Sequence record: MF498774.1
Strand: one strand, 5' to 3'
DNA length: 64,000 bases
The notes below the pieces were generated by a model. That model was given only the letters and a program-made list of their open reading frames with translations. It ran no database searches and was not told where the DNA came from. The position numbers and the translations under genes are program-made. The number at the start of each line of letters is the position of its first letter. The stretch's first letter is position 1. Below, piece by piece: positions 15,707 through 25,745 of the stretch.

Positions 15707-15958
15707 ATGTACGATGTAAAACGTGTTATTGAAATCTGCGAAGAAGCTTACGAAAAGGTAGAAGTTGTTGATATGGGTAACTATACCAAGATCAAATCTT
15801 TCTATACTAAAGCTTGCTTTATTGATGAACCATGTGAACTGGTATGTGAGTATATTATCAGCATAATGGAATCTGGTATTGTAGTTACTCGGTATAAAGA
15901 CAAGAAAAATATTGTTTTTAAAACTATTGAAGAGTTTTCTTATTGGGTAGATGCCTAA
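15707..15958 (+). CDS. Hypothetical protein
   Basis: SD AGGA; likely start at 15707. Confidence 0.6.
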   Translation: MYDVKRVIEICEEAYEKVEVVDMGNYTKIKSFYTKACFIDEPCELVCEYIISIMESGIVVTRYKDKKNIVFKTIEEFSYWVDA

Positions 15959-15991
15959 ATACCAAGGTAACCAACCTATAGGAAAACAAAA

Positions 15992-16843
15992 ATGAAAATG
16001 AAATTTAGTGAATTCGTTCAATTGGAAGAAAAATTGATGGTATTCGGAAAGAAGGCATACCCTAAGTTTAACAACGTCTTGATCTTGGCTGGTGGGGCTG
16101 GATCTGGGAAGGGGTTTGTTACTTCTAAACTTGTTGGTCTAGAAGGTATTACCCTAGACGTAGACCGTGTAAAAGAGCTTGCTATGGCTTCCACAAAGCT
16201 AGCAGGGCGCATTAAAGCAGAAACCGGGCACGATATATCCAAGTTTGACTTGAAGAAGCCAGAAAACGTTTCTACTCTGCATAGCCTTCTATCTGATGTA
16301 TACAAGACAACCAAGAACATGGATAAACGTGTTTTTAATGGTGTATTGGCTGCACCAGAGGATCGTAAACCTAATTTGATCTTTGACGTTACCCTTAAAG
16401 ATATGGGTAAGATGGCTCAAATTGCAAAACAGGTTCGTGAACTAGGTTATAACAAGGAAAACGTTCATATCGTGTGGGTGATGAATGATATCAACGTTGC
16501 TATGAAACAAAACGCCGAACGTTCCCGTACTGTACCGGTTGAAATTCTTGTTGCAACCCATGAGGGTGCAAGTATGACCTTCAAAAACCTAATGGCTATG
16601 GGTGAAGGTGCCCGGAGTTATGCCGATGGTGATTGGTATATTGCATTCAATAAAATTGGTGTTGACTCTTCTATTGTTAAATCTGGTAAAGGTGGTTCTT
16701 ATGTTAAAGAAGCAAACTACATAAGAGTTAAACAACAGGGTAAAGCTCCGATGAAAGCAACTGAACTTGATAAACAGATTGTGAATAAGATTTCTGATTA
16801 TATTCCAAACCCAGAAACATGGGCTATGGTAATGAAGAAATAA
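15992..16843 (+). CDS. P-loop kinase (zeta-toxin/AAA_33-like), late gene
   Basis: GGAGSGKG Walker A, LIFDVT, R...R lid; CCTAAATA upstream. Confidence 0.7.
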   Translation: MKMKFSEFVQLEEKLMVFGKKAYPKFNNVLILAGGAGSGKGFVTSKLVGLEGITLDVDRVKELAMASTKLAGRIKAETGHDISKFDLKKPENVSTLHSLLSDVYKTTKNMDKRVFNGVLAAPEDRKPNLIFDVTLKDMGKMAQIAKQVRELGYNKENVHIVWVMNDINVAMKQNAERSRTVPVEILVATHEGASMTFKNLMAMGEGARSYADGDWYIAFNKIGVDSSIVKSGKGGSYVKEANYIRVKQQGKAPMKATELDKQIVNKISDYIPNPETWAMVMKK

Positions 16844-16896
16844 AGGTACTAAATAAAAGGGGCATAATGCCCCTTTATCGTTTTGAGGTATTATAA

Positions 16897-17664
16897 ATGA
16901 AATTTTATTCTAAAGGTTCGTCTGTCACCTTGAGTTCAGAAATTACCACAGAAGGTGCAACCTATGTGTGGAAAAAGGGATCTACTGTCATTTCCGGTAA
17001 AACAGAAAAAGACCTTATTCTTAGTTCTTTCGGTGCTTCTGATGTTGCCACTTATACAGTAACTGCAACGGTAGATACTACCGACACAGACACTGTTTTT
17101 GAAATCGGTATGGCTGAATTGGACCTTACACCACAACCACTACAGACCATTACCCTTGAGGAAGGTGATAGTTTTTCGTCTACTATGACAGCAGTCGTTA
17201 AATTTACCCCTGATACCGCTGGTGATAACAAGTCTGATTTTACGATCAAATATCAATGGAAGAAAGGACCCATTAACGTATCCGGTGCAACTTCTGCGGT
17301 ATTAACAAAAAGCAACGTCGTTGTTGCGGACTCTGGTAATTATCTGGTCGAAACGACTCTTATGGATAAAACTACTTCTGGGCAAATGATTTCGACTAGA
17401 ATGGTTGACCTAACCGTTATTACGAAGGTTCTTGAGTCTTTATGGAAAGTTATCCCTCTTGAGTATAGAGGAACTAGCTTTACTTGGATTGGGTACTGGG
17501 TTATTGACGAAATAAAGAAAAATCCATCTTGGTTTACAGACTATAGTTCTCTGAAATATAAAGACGAAATAGAAACCATAGTTAAAGCGTTTGATGAATA
17601 TGGAGAAGTTGAACTTCAAGAATCCAGAAATGGTCGGATTCTAAAGGTAAGTGACTTAAAATAA
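16897..17664 (+). CDS. hoc: Head outer capsid protein Hoc with two Ig-like domains
   Basis: Ig strands YVWKKG and YQWKKG plus the C-terminal ESRNG motif. Confidence 0.85.
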   Translation: MKFYSKGSSVTLSSEITTEGATYVWKKGSTVISGKTEKDLILSSFGASDVATYTVTATVDTTDTDTVFEIGMAELDLTPQPLQTITLEEGDSFSSTMTAVVKFTPDTAGDNKSDFTIKYQWKKGPINVSGATSAVLTKSNVVVADSGNYLVETTLMDKTTSGQMISTRMVDLTVITKVLESLWKVIPLEYRGTSFTWIGYWVIDEIKKNPSWFTDYSSLKYKDEIETIVKAFDEYGEVELQESRNGRILKVSDLK

Positions 17665-17729
17665 AAAGAGCCTTCGGGCTCTTTTTTCATTTCCTAATCT
17701 CTAAATATGTTATATTAAGGAGAATTGAA

Positions 17730-18146
17730 ATGAAATATGAAAACAGTAAAGGTATAGATAGACAAAATATGCCTCAAATTGCAGCCGAGAACGTCCCCGG
17801 ATTTTTGGATTGGTGTACAACAAACGGGGTTGGGTTTATTAAGGAAAGGGTTAAAGTAAAGACTTTACTTCCGACTCAATCAGAGTATAATGAAGAAAAA
17901 GTGGAAAAGATGAGAAGTGTACCATATAGTGTGTTATCAAAACCTATTGTTGTTTCTGATGATAACTACATTCTAGACGGACACCATCGGTATAGTGCAT
18001 TGTTAGCCAATGATGGTGATAACCTGATTGAAATATATCGGGTTCGTTGTGATATTGTGGATCTATTGATTGCTGCTCATAAGTTTCCATTAACATTTTA
18101 TAAAGGGCTCAAAGAGAGTCGTAAAAAGTTTTCTGATTTTATCTGA
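17730..18146 (+). CDS. ParB/sulfiredoxin-like domain protein
   Basis: LLPTQ...PIVVSDDNYILDGHHR. Confidence 0.75.
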   Translation: MKYENSKGIDRQNMPQIAAENVPGFLDWCTTNGVGFIKERVKVKTLLPTQSEYNEEKVEKMRSVPYSVLSKPIVVSDDNYILDGHHRYSALLANDGDNLIEIYRVRCDIVDLLIAAHKFPLTFYKGLKESRKKFSDFI

Positions 18147-18154
18147 GGTATGAT

Positions 18155-18730
18155 ATGTCTAGTTTGCATTTCCATCATTCCGCAATGAATGCGGGAAAGA
18201 GTTCTCATTTATTGCAAGTTGCTTATAATTATGAAGAAAGGGGGATGGGAGTTTTAGTTTTAAAACCTTGCATTGATACTCGTGATGGGGAAATGGTTTC
18301 TTCACGATTGGGGGTTTCTCGTCCATCAATTATGTTTTCTGATAAGGAGAATTTAACTGATCTTTATTTGAGTTATAAGATCGGAAAGAAAATAGATTGT
18401 ATTCTTATCGATGAAGCCCAATTTATGACGGTCGAACAAGTAAAGCAACTGGCTTTTATTGTTGATAACTACGATGTTCCTGTTATGTGTTATGGTCTTA
18501 TGTCTGACTCCAATGGAGAGATGTTTGATGCAAGTCGTCAACTTGTGGTTATGGCTGAACAAATTGTGGAACATAAAACAATTTGTTGGTGTGGTTCTAA
18601 AGCAACGATGAACCTTCGTGTTGATGAGAACGGCAAAAAAGTTATTGGTGATCAAGTTTGTATTGGTGGGAACGATAGATATATTTCTGTTTGTCGTAAA
18701 CACTGGGTTGCTGGTATGAGTGGAAAATGA
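18155..18730 (+). CDS. tk: Thymidine kinase
   Basis: AMNAGKS, LIDEAQF, CWCG zinc site, YISVCRKH. Confidence 0.95.
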   Translation: MSSLHFHHSAMNAGKSSHLLQVAYNYEERGMGVLVLKPCIDTRDGEMVSSRLGVSRPSIMFSDKENLTDLYLSYKIGKKIDCILIDEAQFMTVEQVKQLAFIVDNYDVPVMCYGLMSDSNGEMFDASRQLVVMAEQIVEHKTICWCGSKATMNLRVDENGKKVIGDQVCIGGNDRYISVCRKHWVAGMSGK

Positions 18731-18760
18731 AAAAGGGATCCCTATTTGGGATCCCTTTTT
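18731..18760. terminator. Bidirectional terminator where the + and - blocks converge
   Basis: AAAAGGGATCCC-TATTT-GGGATCCCTTTT. Confidence 0.9.
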
Positions 18761-18763
18761 GTT

Positions 18764-19264
18764 TTATGCGAATGGATAACCTTTGTAAGTACCAGTCTCA
18801 ATAACGTCTGTAACTCTCTTAGCACGATTTGGTGTCTGTCTCGCCCAAGCACTAGCAAGACCGTGCTTCTTTGCTTCTACCCAGTTCTTGGAGCGCATAG
18901 CGCGAAGCATCGACGGGAAGCCATTTACACCTTTGGCCCCCATCTGAAAAACCATATTTTCCAATGCGGTTTTTCTGACTTCATCTAATCCAACATATGT
19001 AGACCATAAATCGACATACCCTTTCATAGAATTTCTAACTACTTCAAGATCTTTAGCAAAAAGTTGACTTTCTTCTGATTGAGTAATCTTACCGTCGGTA
19101 ATAACCCTCCCAACATGGGAACTTAACTCACGGTTAATTTCCCCCATATCTTTCGTACGAAGTTTCTTTATTAAATGACCAATACCGATAGTCGGATATC
19201 CTTCGGTATCCCAATAAACAGTAAGCTTCGAACCCTCGTCGAATTTAAGCATTTTTTCTAACAT
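18764..19264 (-). CDS. e: Endolysin, T4-type lysozyme
   Basis: DEG...YWDTEGYPTIGIGH, ALENMVFQMG, WARQTPNRAKRV. Confidence 0.95.
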   Translation of the reverse strand: MLEKMLKFDEGSKLTVYWDTEGYPTIGIGHLIKKLRTKDMGEINRELSSHVGRVITDGKITQSEESQLFAKDLEVVRNSMKGYVDLWSTYVGLDEVRKTALENMVFQMGAKGVNGFPSMLRAMRSKNWVEAKKHGLASAWARQTPNRAKRVTDVIETGTYKGYPFA

Positions 19265-19310
19265 ATAATATTCTCTCTAAAATTATGGACTCCCGAAGGA
19301 GTCCAAATTA

Positions 19311-22300
19311 TTAAGTTATCCGCTGTGCCAATGTTACGTTCCAAGAACCCCAACCGTCGCCGTTTTGGGAATTTGCTCTAGAAACACCCATCAGACGCCA
19401 TGTACCATAGTTACAGGCAACCATATTAGTACCTTCCGCGTTCGAGAATGCAATCTGAGTACCTTGGAGAACAGTCCCCGGACCTTGTGGACCAAGGTTG
19501 GATTTGACTGTGACCATCGCATATGAACCAATATCCATATTGCCGCCGCCGTTGACGACTGATCTCAGTATTACACCATCTGGAATTGGGTTACTTGGTG
19601 AATAAACTCGTTGACCTACGTCGTGAACACCACCATTAGCGTTAACAGAACCTGCTATTCCGGTATTACCATTGTTATCAATAGACATTCTGAGTTTAGT
19701 TTCACCACCGGCACCATTACTTGATGTAAATCGAAGTTGACCGTCTGTGTTCATGTAAATCATTGTTGCCCAAAATCCGGGACGATGAAATTCTAGTCTG
19801 TTATTATTATTGCTAATGATAGAGGCATAACCACTATTAACACCTACAGATCCACCAACCTCAATGTTTCCATTAACACTTAGGGAACCAGACATTGTTC
19901 CGCTGGTTGTGTTGAAACCCGTACTCATAGTAACCACACCGTTCGAACCTATCATAAATGGTTGGAGATTCCATACACCATCTTGATAACGATGGATACC
20001 AAGGTTACCATTAGATAGATCCATACCCATCCCCCAAGTCACACCACTCCGGTTACTATTTGGGGAGAACTGTAATCCTGCGTTGTTAATAACTCGGAAA
20101 GTTGGAGCAGCGATTCGATCTTGGTTAGCAATAATCTCACCCTGATCAAATGTCAGAACACGTATGTTTCCAGTATCACCAGATCTTCGTACATACACGT
20201 ATGGGTTTATTCCGTTGGATTCTTGAGCACCAATCCCAAACACCCGAGTTCCATCAGCTCCACTCACAAACATTGCAGTTCTTGCACTTAATTGTGTTTG
20301 TAATTCCATTACTGTGGGGCTAACGTATAGTAGCTGATTATCGGCATTGTCTCCATGTTTTAGTTTAAAGGTGTTACCTTCTGTCAGTATATGGAATCTA
20401 GCATTAGCTCCGTCTTGGAAACTAATCGATGCACCATTATTAATCATAACAGCATTCTTTATGGTTGCAGTAGTTACCGCTCCAGTTAGAGTGCCACCAG
20501 ACAGATTTAATTTAGTATTAAGTAAATTATCTGTTTCAGTTTTTGTGTATGCATTAAAATCACCAGCAGAAGGTTTATTACCAGTGTGATATATGGTGTA
20601 ATCGTTACTTCCAATCCTTACCATTGGGTTATTTTTGCTTTCAAGATATACAGTACCAGTCTTAGCAGCCAGATATATATTGTTGCTCGCGGCGTTGATA
20701 TATTCATCTGTTGCATCCCAACGAATTGCGCCAGTCATGATACCACCAGACAGATTAAGCTTTTTGTTAAGCTCTGTGTTTATCTGTGTAGTTGTTAATG
20801 TACCAACGTCGGCGGCTGATGGTTTATTGCCGGTATGATATATGTCATAATCTGTGTTATTAACTTTAACCTTCGGATTGATAGTTCCAGAAGCTAATGT
20901 CAATCCAGATGGTGAGCGTTCGACGTAATAATCAGAACCACTACCAAGAGTCAATCTAGTGGTGTTGCCAGAGTTAAATCTAACATCCCCAGTTACAGTA
21001 CCACCAGTTAAAGACAACGCCCCAACATCAGCGGAAGTAGGTTTAAACTCTTCGTTATAGTCACGATACCAAGGCTTCCACGCACCACTTGAATATTGTG
21101 CTCTAGACCAAACTTCGGACGAGTTATATACCCAATATTTTTGAATAACGCCAGCGGAAGTAGTAACAATAAGGTTACCAGCTTTCTCAACTGGATAGTT
21201 CAAACTAGTTAATGCTTTAGCGTTAGCAACTTGGCTATATATACCAGCGGTTTTAATATCGTTGAGGTTATCTGTATCTCTCAGTGTGATAATAGAACTA
21301 AAACCACCAAGAGCAACACCATCAACATATGCCTTGTTTGTTAAATGCATTGCCAACGTCGGAACTTGGTTATTTGATATAGTACCGTTTGCATTAAAGA
21401 CAGTTTCCCCAGTTACAGTTCCCGAACCATTTGGACGAATCACAACACCAGATGAACCACCACCAATAATTGTTCTATTATCTAAATAGATTCCTTGGTT
21501 TGCATTACCGGAATATTGAAGTGCATAACCAGTTGTGGTTACAATAAATTTCTCTGCATTCACATTACCGGTTTCGATCTGTACTTTCTTACCTGCATGG
21601 GTAAATTCAGCACCAACATCTCTACTTATTCTTAGTGTACTAGTGTCAGCAGTCGAACCATCAGACCCTTTGCGATATCTAGAAGCTAAGAACAAAGTAC
21701 CTTCATATTCACCGGTTGTGGTTGTGTTTGTTGCTTGACCTATAATTCTAGACAACTGATCGCCACTATGGGGATCATATCGGTTTGTAGCACCAACTCT
21801 AAAACTAACCTCACCTATTGTGTATGGAATACCAGCAGCAACACCATCACGATATTTTTCCTTGGTATAAGATACGTAAGGATAAACAGAATCGTCATTA
21901 GTAGAGTTATTGTGTCTTAGAATACCAGTTCTATATGTGTTTACCTGTTCCCACACACCAGTCGGTAACCATGGTTGCCAACCTTCAACTGCATTAATCC
22001 ATACCCTTGTAAACTCTCTTGGTTCTACAAATCCACCGACTGTTACCCAGTTACTGAATTTCTGAACAGTCAAGTTATCGAAAGATCGTTGTTTAACCTC
22101 AACAATACCCGTATGAGTAGTTGTAGTTGCGGTATTGTCAGTTCCATTAGCCCAGTTACCATCAACTGTAAAAACACCGTTGGTCTTAATTAGGTTGAAG
22201 TCACGAACACCACCGGTTACTGTGATCGCGTTGGGGCTATCACCAACACCAAGACCCATACCACCCACCGGCTGTTTGTTCAGAGAGGTATACATTTCAG

Positions 22301-23261
22301 CCCATGGCTGCCAAACACCGATATATTGTCTGCGCACCCATACACGGTTTTCAGTATAAGAAAAGAATATTTGTGCGTTTGCCCCATTACCCCAACGAGT
22401 AACAAGGAGGGTTGAACCACTAGGTCCTATACCACCAGCAACGGGAGTATTTTTTGTGTTGGCGAAAACACCATAGTTACCGGGCATAATTGCTTTATCG
22501 CAATCATCTTCTGGTGGACGATCATATACCGCCATTGCCTTTACTTCTTCCGCACTAGGCAAATTACCTTTATGGAAAATATCATAGTTTGTATTTCCAT
22601 AAGATACTTGAGGATTAACCCCGGCAGCCATATTAAATCTTACTTGAGTTAGTGGTGTACCATACCAACCACTAAAAGCAATTCGTTGATCCGTAACGTC
22701 TCTATCTACTTTACCACCTTGGAAATAAAGTAATGAACCAGATGCAACCATACGCTGTGCGTATGTATTGGTAGCAGAATCATAAACTTCAACTTGACCG
22801 TTGGATTTGATTCTATTCGCCTCAACCTGACCATTAACCATTAGGTTTCCAGTCATAGTATCGCCATCTCTATTAACAGCTCGAACAGGTAAACCGTCTA
22901 GCTTTGTCTTATCTTCTTTGCTCATTGCCCCATGAGCGGATTGCGTTGCGTTATTAATTGAAACTCGCGGACTTACACCAGTAGTAACGACGATTGGGAG
23001 AGTCCCGGTTACAGATTTCACCGATGTACTATCTAGGTTATCAACATAACCTTTAATGGCAACTTCATTAGAATTGACAGGAGTTTTATATGTCAATGTT
23101 CCGGTAAAGGTTTTAGCCCCACCAATAGATTGATTACTAACACTATCAATAACCTCATTACCATTATAAAACAGCTTAACGTCTTGCGGGGAAAATGGTA
23201 GGTTAGTCTGTGTCCAAACTAATCCACCCCCAGCGGTAGACGAACTCTTAAGGTCTGCCAT
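19311..23261 (-). CDS. Long tail fibre distal subunit (gp36-like N-terminus, gp37-like body)
   Basis: MADLKSSSTAGG start like gp36; three knob domains; YHTGNKPSA repeats; late promoter upstream. Confidence 0.85.
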   Translation of the reverse strand: MADLKSSSTAGGGLVWTQTNLPFSPQDVKLFYNGNEVIDSVSNQSIGGAKTFTGTLTYKTPVNSNEVAIKGYVDNLDSTSVKSVTGTLPIVVTTGVSPRVSINNATQSAHGAMSKEDKTKLDGLPVRAVNRDGDTMTGNLMVNGQVEANRIKSNGQVEVYDSATNTYAQRMVASGSLLYFQGGKVDRDVTDQRIAFSGWYGTPLTQVRFNMAAGVNPQVSYGNTNYDIFHKGNLPSAEEVKAMAVYDRPPEDDCDKAIMPGNYGVFANTKNTPVAGGIGPSGSTLLVTRWGNGANAQIFFSYTENRVWVRRQYIGVWQPWAEMYTSLNKQPVGGMGLGVGDSPNAITVTGGVRDFNLIKTNGVFTVDGNWANGTDNTATTTTHTGIVEVKQRSFDNLTVQKFSNWVTVGGFVEPREFTRVWINAVEGWQPWLPTGVWEQVNTYRTGILRHNNSTNDDSVYPYVSYTKEKYRDGVAAGIPYTIGEVSFRVGATNRYDPHSGDQLSRIIGQATNTTTTGEYEGTLFLASRYRKGSDGSTADTSTLRISRDVGAEFTHAGKKVQIETGNVNAEKFIVTTTGYALQYSGNANQGIYLDNRTIIGGGSSGVVIRPNGSGTVTGETVFNANGTISNNQVPTLAMHLTNKAYVDGVALGGFSSIITLRDTDNLNDIKTAGIYSQVANAKALTSLNYPVEKAGNLIVTTSAGVIQKYWVYNSSEVWSRAQYSSGAWKPWYRDYNEEFKPTSADVGALSLTGGTVTGDVRFNSGNTTRLTLGSGSDYYVERSPSGLTLASGTINPKVKVNNTDYDIYHTGNKPSAADVGTLTTTQINTELNKKLNLSGGIMTGAIRWDATDEYINAASNNIYLAAKTGTVYLESKNNPMVRIGSNDYTIYHTGNKPSAGDFNAYTKTETDNLLNTKLNLSGGTLTGAVTTATIKNAVMINNGASISFQDGANARFHILTEGNTFKLKHGDNADNQLLYVSPTVMELQTQLSARTAMFVSGADGTRVFGIGAQESNGINPYVYVRRSGDTGNIRVLTFDQGEIIANQDRIAAPTFRVINNAGLQFSPNSNRSGVTWGMGMDLSNGNLGIHRYQDGVWNLQPFMIGSNGVVTMSTGFNTTSGTMSGSLSVNGNIEVGGSVGVNSGYASIISNNNNRLEFHRPGFWATMIYMNTDGQLRFTSSNGAGGETKLRMSIDNNGNTGIAGSVNANGGVHDVGQRVYSPSNPIPDGVILRSVVNGGGNMDIGSYAMVTVKSNLGPQGPGTVLQGTQIAFSNAEGTNMVACNYGTWRLMGVSRANSQNGDGWGSWNVTLAQRIT

Positions 23262-23322
23262 TTTTAAATTCCTCTATTTTGAAATTGTTTCTACTCTTTT
23301 ATTTAGGTAACAAAAAAGTCCC

Positions 23323-23622
23323 TTATTTGGGGACTTTTTGACATTGTGGTTCTTTCAGATCCTTTCTATAAGAACATAACATTCTATTTTGTGAGTCTAT
23401 ATAAACACCTATTTTTTCCAGCCACGCCCTATATCTTAAACTATCCTCATATGTCATTCCGACATATGTTGTTTCACCTTCCTTAATAACAGTCCATTTC
23501 GGAATATAAGTTTTGACCGGTGTTGGTCTATTTGGATGAAACACTAATACCGGGTCTGGTCTCGGTGGTGTTGAACATGCAGCAAGAACCACTATACACA
23601 TCATAATTAGAATTTTTTTCAT
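23323..23622 (-). CDS. Outer-membrane spanin (Rz1-like lipoprotein)
   Basis: LAAC lipobox followed by a Pro-rich segment; overlaps the i-spanin end. Confidence 0.85.
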   Translation of the reverse strand: MKKILIMMCIVVLAACSTPPRPDPVLVFHPNRPTPVKTYIPKWTVIKEGETTYVGMTYEDSLRYRAWLEKIGVYIDSQNRMLCSYRKDLKEPQCQKVPK

Positions 23623-23996
23623 TTACATTCCCCCAGAGTAAGGCAATCCATTCTGCTTCCAAACTCTTCATAATCCTTCTGGATTATCTTCTCTACTAGC
23701 TTAGGTTTCTTGTCTATTGCATCCTTACCGCGACTAGCATTAGATTCCAGCGTACCAATGCGCTTAGAAAGCTCTCTATTCGATTTCTCTTCCGTCTGAC
23801 TATACTCGCTAGACTGTTGTTTGAAATCGCTTATACTCAATTCCATGGCGGATAATTTGGATGTCATTGTTTCTAGTTGTTGGGTCATCTCTCCGATTGT
23901 TATTGCCTGTGATTCGATCTTGTTGAACATATACCAAGTAGACCCACCAACCAAAATAAGAAGAATCCCAAATATAATTGCCTTGTATCTTACCAT
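23619..23996 (-). CDS. Inner-membrane spanin (Rz-like)
   Basis: N-terminal TM helix plus coiled coil; late promoter at 24030-24037. Confidence 0.8.
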   Translation of the reverse strand: MVRYKAIIFGILLILVGGSTWYMFNKIESQAITIGEMTQQLETMTSKLSAMELSISDFKQQSSEYSQTEEKSNRELSKRIGTLESNASRGKDAIDKKPKLVEKIIQKDYEEFGSRMDCLTLGECK

Positions 23997-24060
23997 TATT
24001 AATATCTCCAAATAAAAAGGCTCCAACCTTATTTAGGTTAGAGCCTTTGGGAGATAATGA

Positions 24061-24555
24061 TTACTTTTTATCCCATTCGACACAAATCAATTCTTCGAAA
24101 TCGTCTTCGTCAAAACAATTTTCAATTACTTGTGAGATAACATCCCAATCTCCACCGGCAACACCAGCCCCAATCTTTGGGAATATAAGTCGATACCCTT
24201 CATATCCAAAATCTTCCGCTAAGTGGACGAAACCATTCTCTAATGCATCCAAACGAAGATCTCGACCGGGGAAATATTGTGTGTATAGGTTAATCAATCG
24301 AGAGTCATAATCTAAGGGAGTCCAGCTATATTGACCCAACATTCCAATATCCACTTGACCGTTTGTCTTAAACAGCCGTTGGAAATGTGCGTCTACAATA
24401 GGCGCATCTGGGAAGTTCATGGCAATACCAGCAGCAATACCAGAGCCCATTGCGGTATGACAATTACACCCATGAACGAACAAAGTTGGAATCTTCAATA
24501 CTTCTGGGTCTTTCATCATGGCGATCATATCGCCTTTAACATAACGAATTTTCAT
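24061..24555 (-). CDS. Macrodomain protein (ADP-ribose binding or hydrolase)
   Basis: YVKGD, VHGCNC...MGSGIA, INLYTQ, FPKIGAGVAGGDW. Confidence 0.9.
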   Translation of the reverse strand: MKIRYVKGDMIAMMKDPEVLKIPTLFVHGCNCHTAMGSGIAAGIAMNFPDAPIVDAHFQRLFKTNGQVDIGMLGQYSWTPLDYDSRLINLYTQYFPGRDLRLDALENGFVHLAEDFGYEGYRLIFPKIGAGVAGGDWDVISQVIENCFDEDDFEELICVEWDKK

Positions 24556-25211
24556 TTTTCTATATCTCTTTGCTTTGGATATTGTTTTTGTTCCATCTGG
24601 TTAACTTTATCAAGTTTTTTAATATGAACTAACGGATAAACATAACTATGTTTTCCCGGTACTACTACTTCTTCTAGAAGACCATTATTTTTCATATATT
24701 GTAGTCTTTGTGCAAAAGGTTTCAACATACCTTTATATTTTGTTCTCAATGCCCTACTGTGATACAACTTACCATCTGGTGTTTTTAGTAGTTTATCTTT
24801 AGGCGTTTCACCCACATATATCCAGTTTGTTGCTTGATATATAATACCAACATGGTCATGAAACGGATCTGCATAACTAATTACAACTTTATGAGTTTTT
24901 AATTTTTTCAATATTCTCAGACAAGAACCAATGACCCACGATTCGGAATTATGAGGTAGCTCGTCCAACAGCACTAGTCTCCGTAATTCTAATACATCAT
25001 CCTCTTTATCAGAAAACTTTTTCCATGCAGTTGTACTAAGTTGTCCAAATATAACAGCCCCAACCAATTTCCCATTTTTATCATCAATCCGAAAACAATA
25101 TGATGTTTTTAGACCATTGATATTATGAGAGTAATGATGAGCTTCTACGAATTCCTTTATTTCTTTTCTTTCACATAAAGATAATTCGTAATCCCTCCAT
25201 TTTATGGTCAT
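24552..25211 (-). CDS. Mom-like GNAT-fold DNA adenine modification enzyme
   Basis: HHYS, GAVIFG, ELRRLVLLD...NSESW, ISYAD...H.GIIYQATNW as in phage Mu Mom. Confidence 0.8.
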   Translation of the reverse strand: MTIKWRDYELSLCERKEIKEFVEAHHYSHNINGLKTSYCFRIDDKNGKLVGAVIFGQLSTTAWKKFSDKEDDVLELRRLVLLDELPHNSESWVIGSCLRILKKLKTHKVVISYADPFHDHVGIIYQATNWIYVGETPKDKLLKTPDGKLYHSRALRTKYKGMLKPFAQRLQYMKNNGLLEEVVVPGKHSYVYPLVHIKKLDKVNQMEQKQYPKQRDIEK

Positions 25212-25474
25212 TCGATAACATCCTTATGAAATTCACCAATAACTTTTTCCGGTGAATGACCCAACACAACCATATTGACTGGATGGGAAATGGTATGGAC
25301 GCCGCTAACAAAATAAAATTTAACTACGTTTGTTTCTGTAATTCCACGAGATTCGTCAAGGGTTACGAAATCATACATCCAATCGTTGAACCCGCGATAT
25401 TTTGCATTGTTCAAAATAATTTCAGCAGCAAGCCCGAAAGACCGGGCTTTATCCTTCAATTCTTTAACTGTCAT
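25208..25474 (-). CDS. Hypothetical protein
   Basis: ORF track. Confidence 0.6.
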   Translation of the reverse strand: MTVKELKDKARSFGLAAEIILNNAKYRGFNDWMYDFVTLDESRGITETNVVKFYFVSGVHTISHPVNMVVLGHSPEKVIGEFHKDVIE

Positions 25475-25477
25475 ATT

Positions 25478-25732
25478 TTAACACCGACACGGAATAAAAA
25501 GAAAACTCTCTTTTTGGTTAATAAAAACGGTTCCATCATTGATATAGATTGGATTTTTCTTTTCCTTATCTTCAATATCACAAACCGCGATTACATTTTC
25601 ATCATCGTCGATATGAAATACAATGAACCCATTCTTGAGAATTTCATAATTATAAAAATTACGTTCGCAACTGGTACGATATTCTTGAGCCGCTTCTACA
25701 GACCGAAAACGGTAAATGGTATCAAAGTTCAT
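25478..25732 (-). CDS. Hypothetical protein, divergent K[IV]RFK family member
   Basis: IYRFRSVEAAQEY...N. Confidence 0.55.
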   Translation of the reverse strand: MNFDTIYRFRSVEAAQEYRTSCERNFYNYEILKNGFIVFHIDDDENVIAVCDIEDKEKKNPIYINDGTVFINQKESFLFIPCRC

Positions 25733-25745
25733 ACGTGGGTATTGA

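Noticed and set aside
20500-22600. Tail-fibre repeats as a DGR or shufflon
   Set aside because: Similarity is at the amino-acid level (HTGNKPSA, knob domains); no reverse transcriptase, invertase or template repeat in the window.
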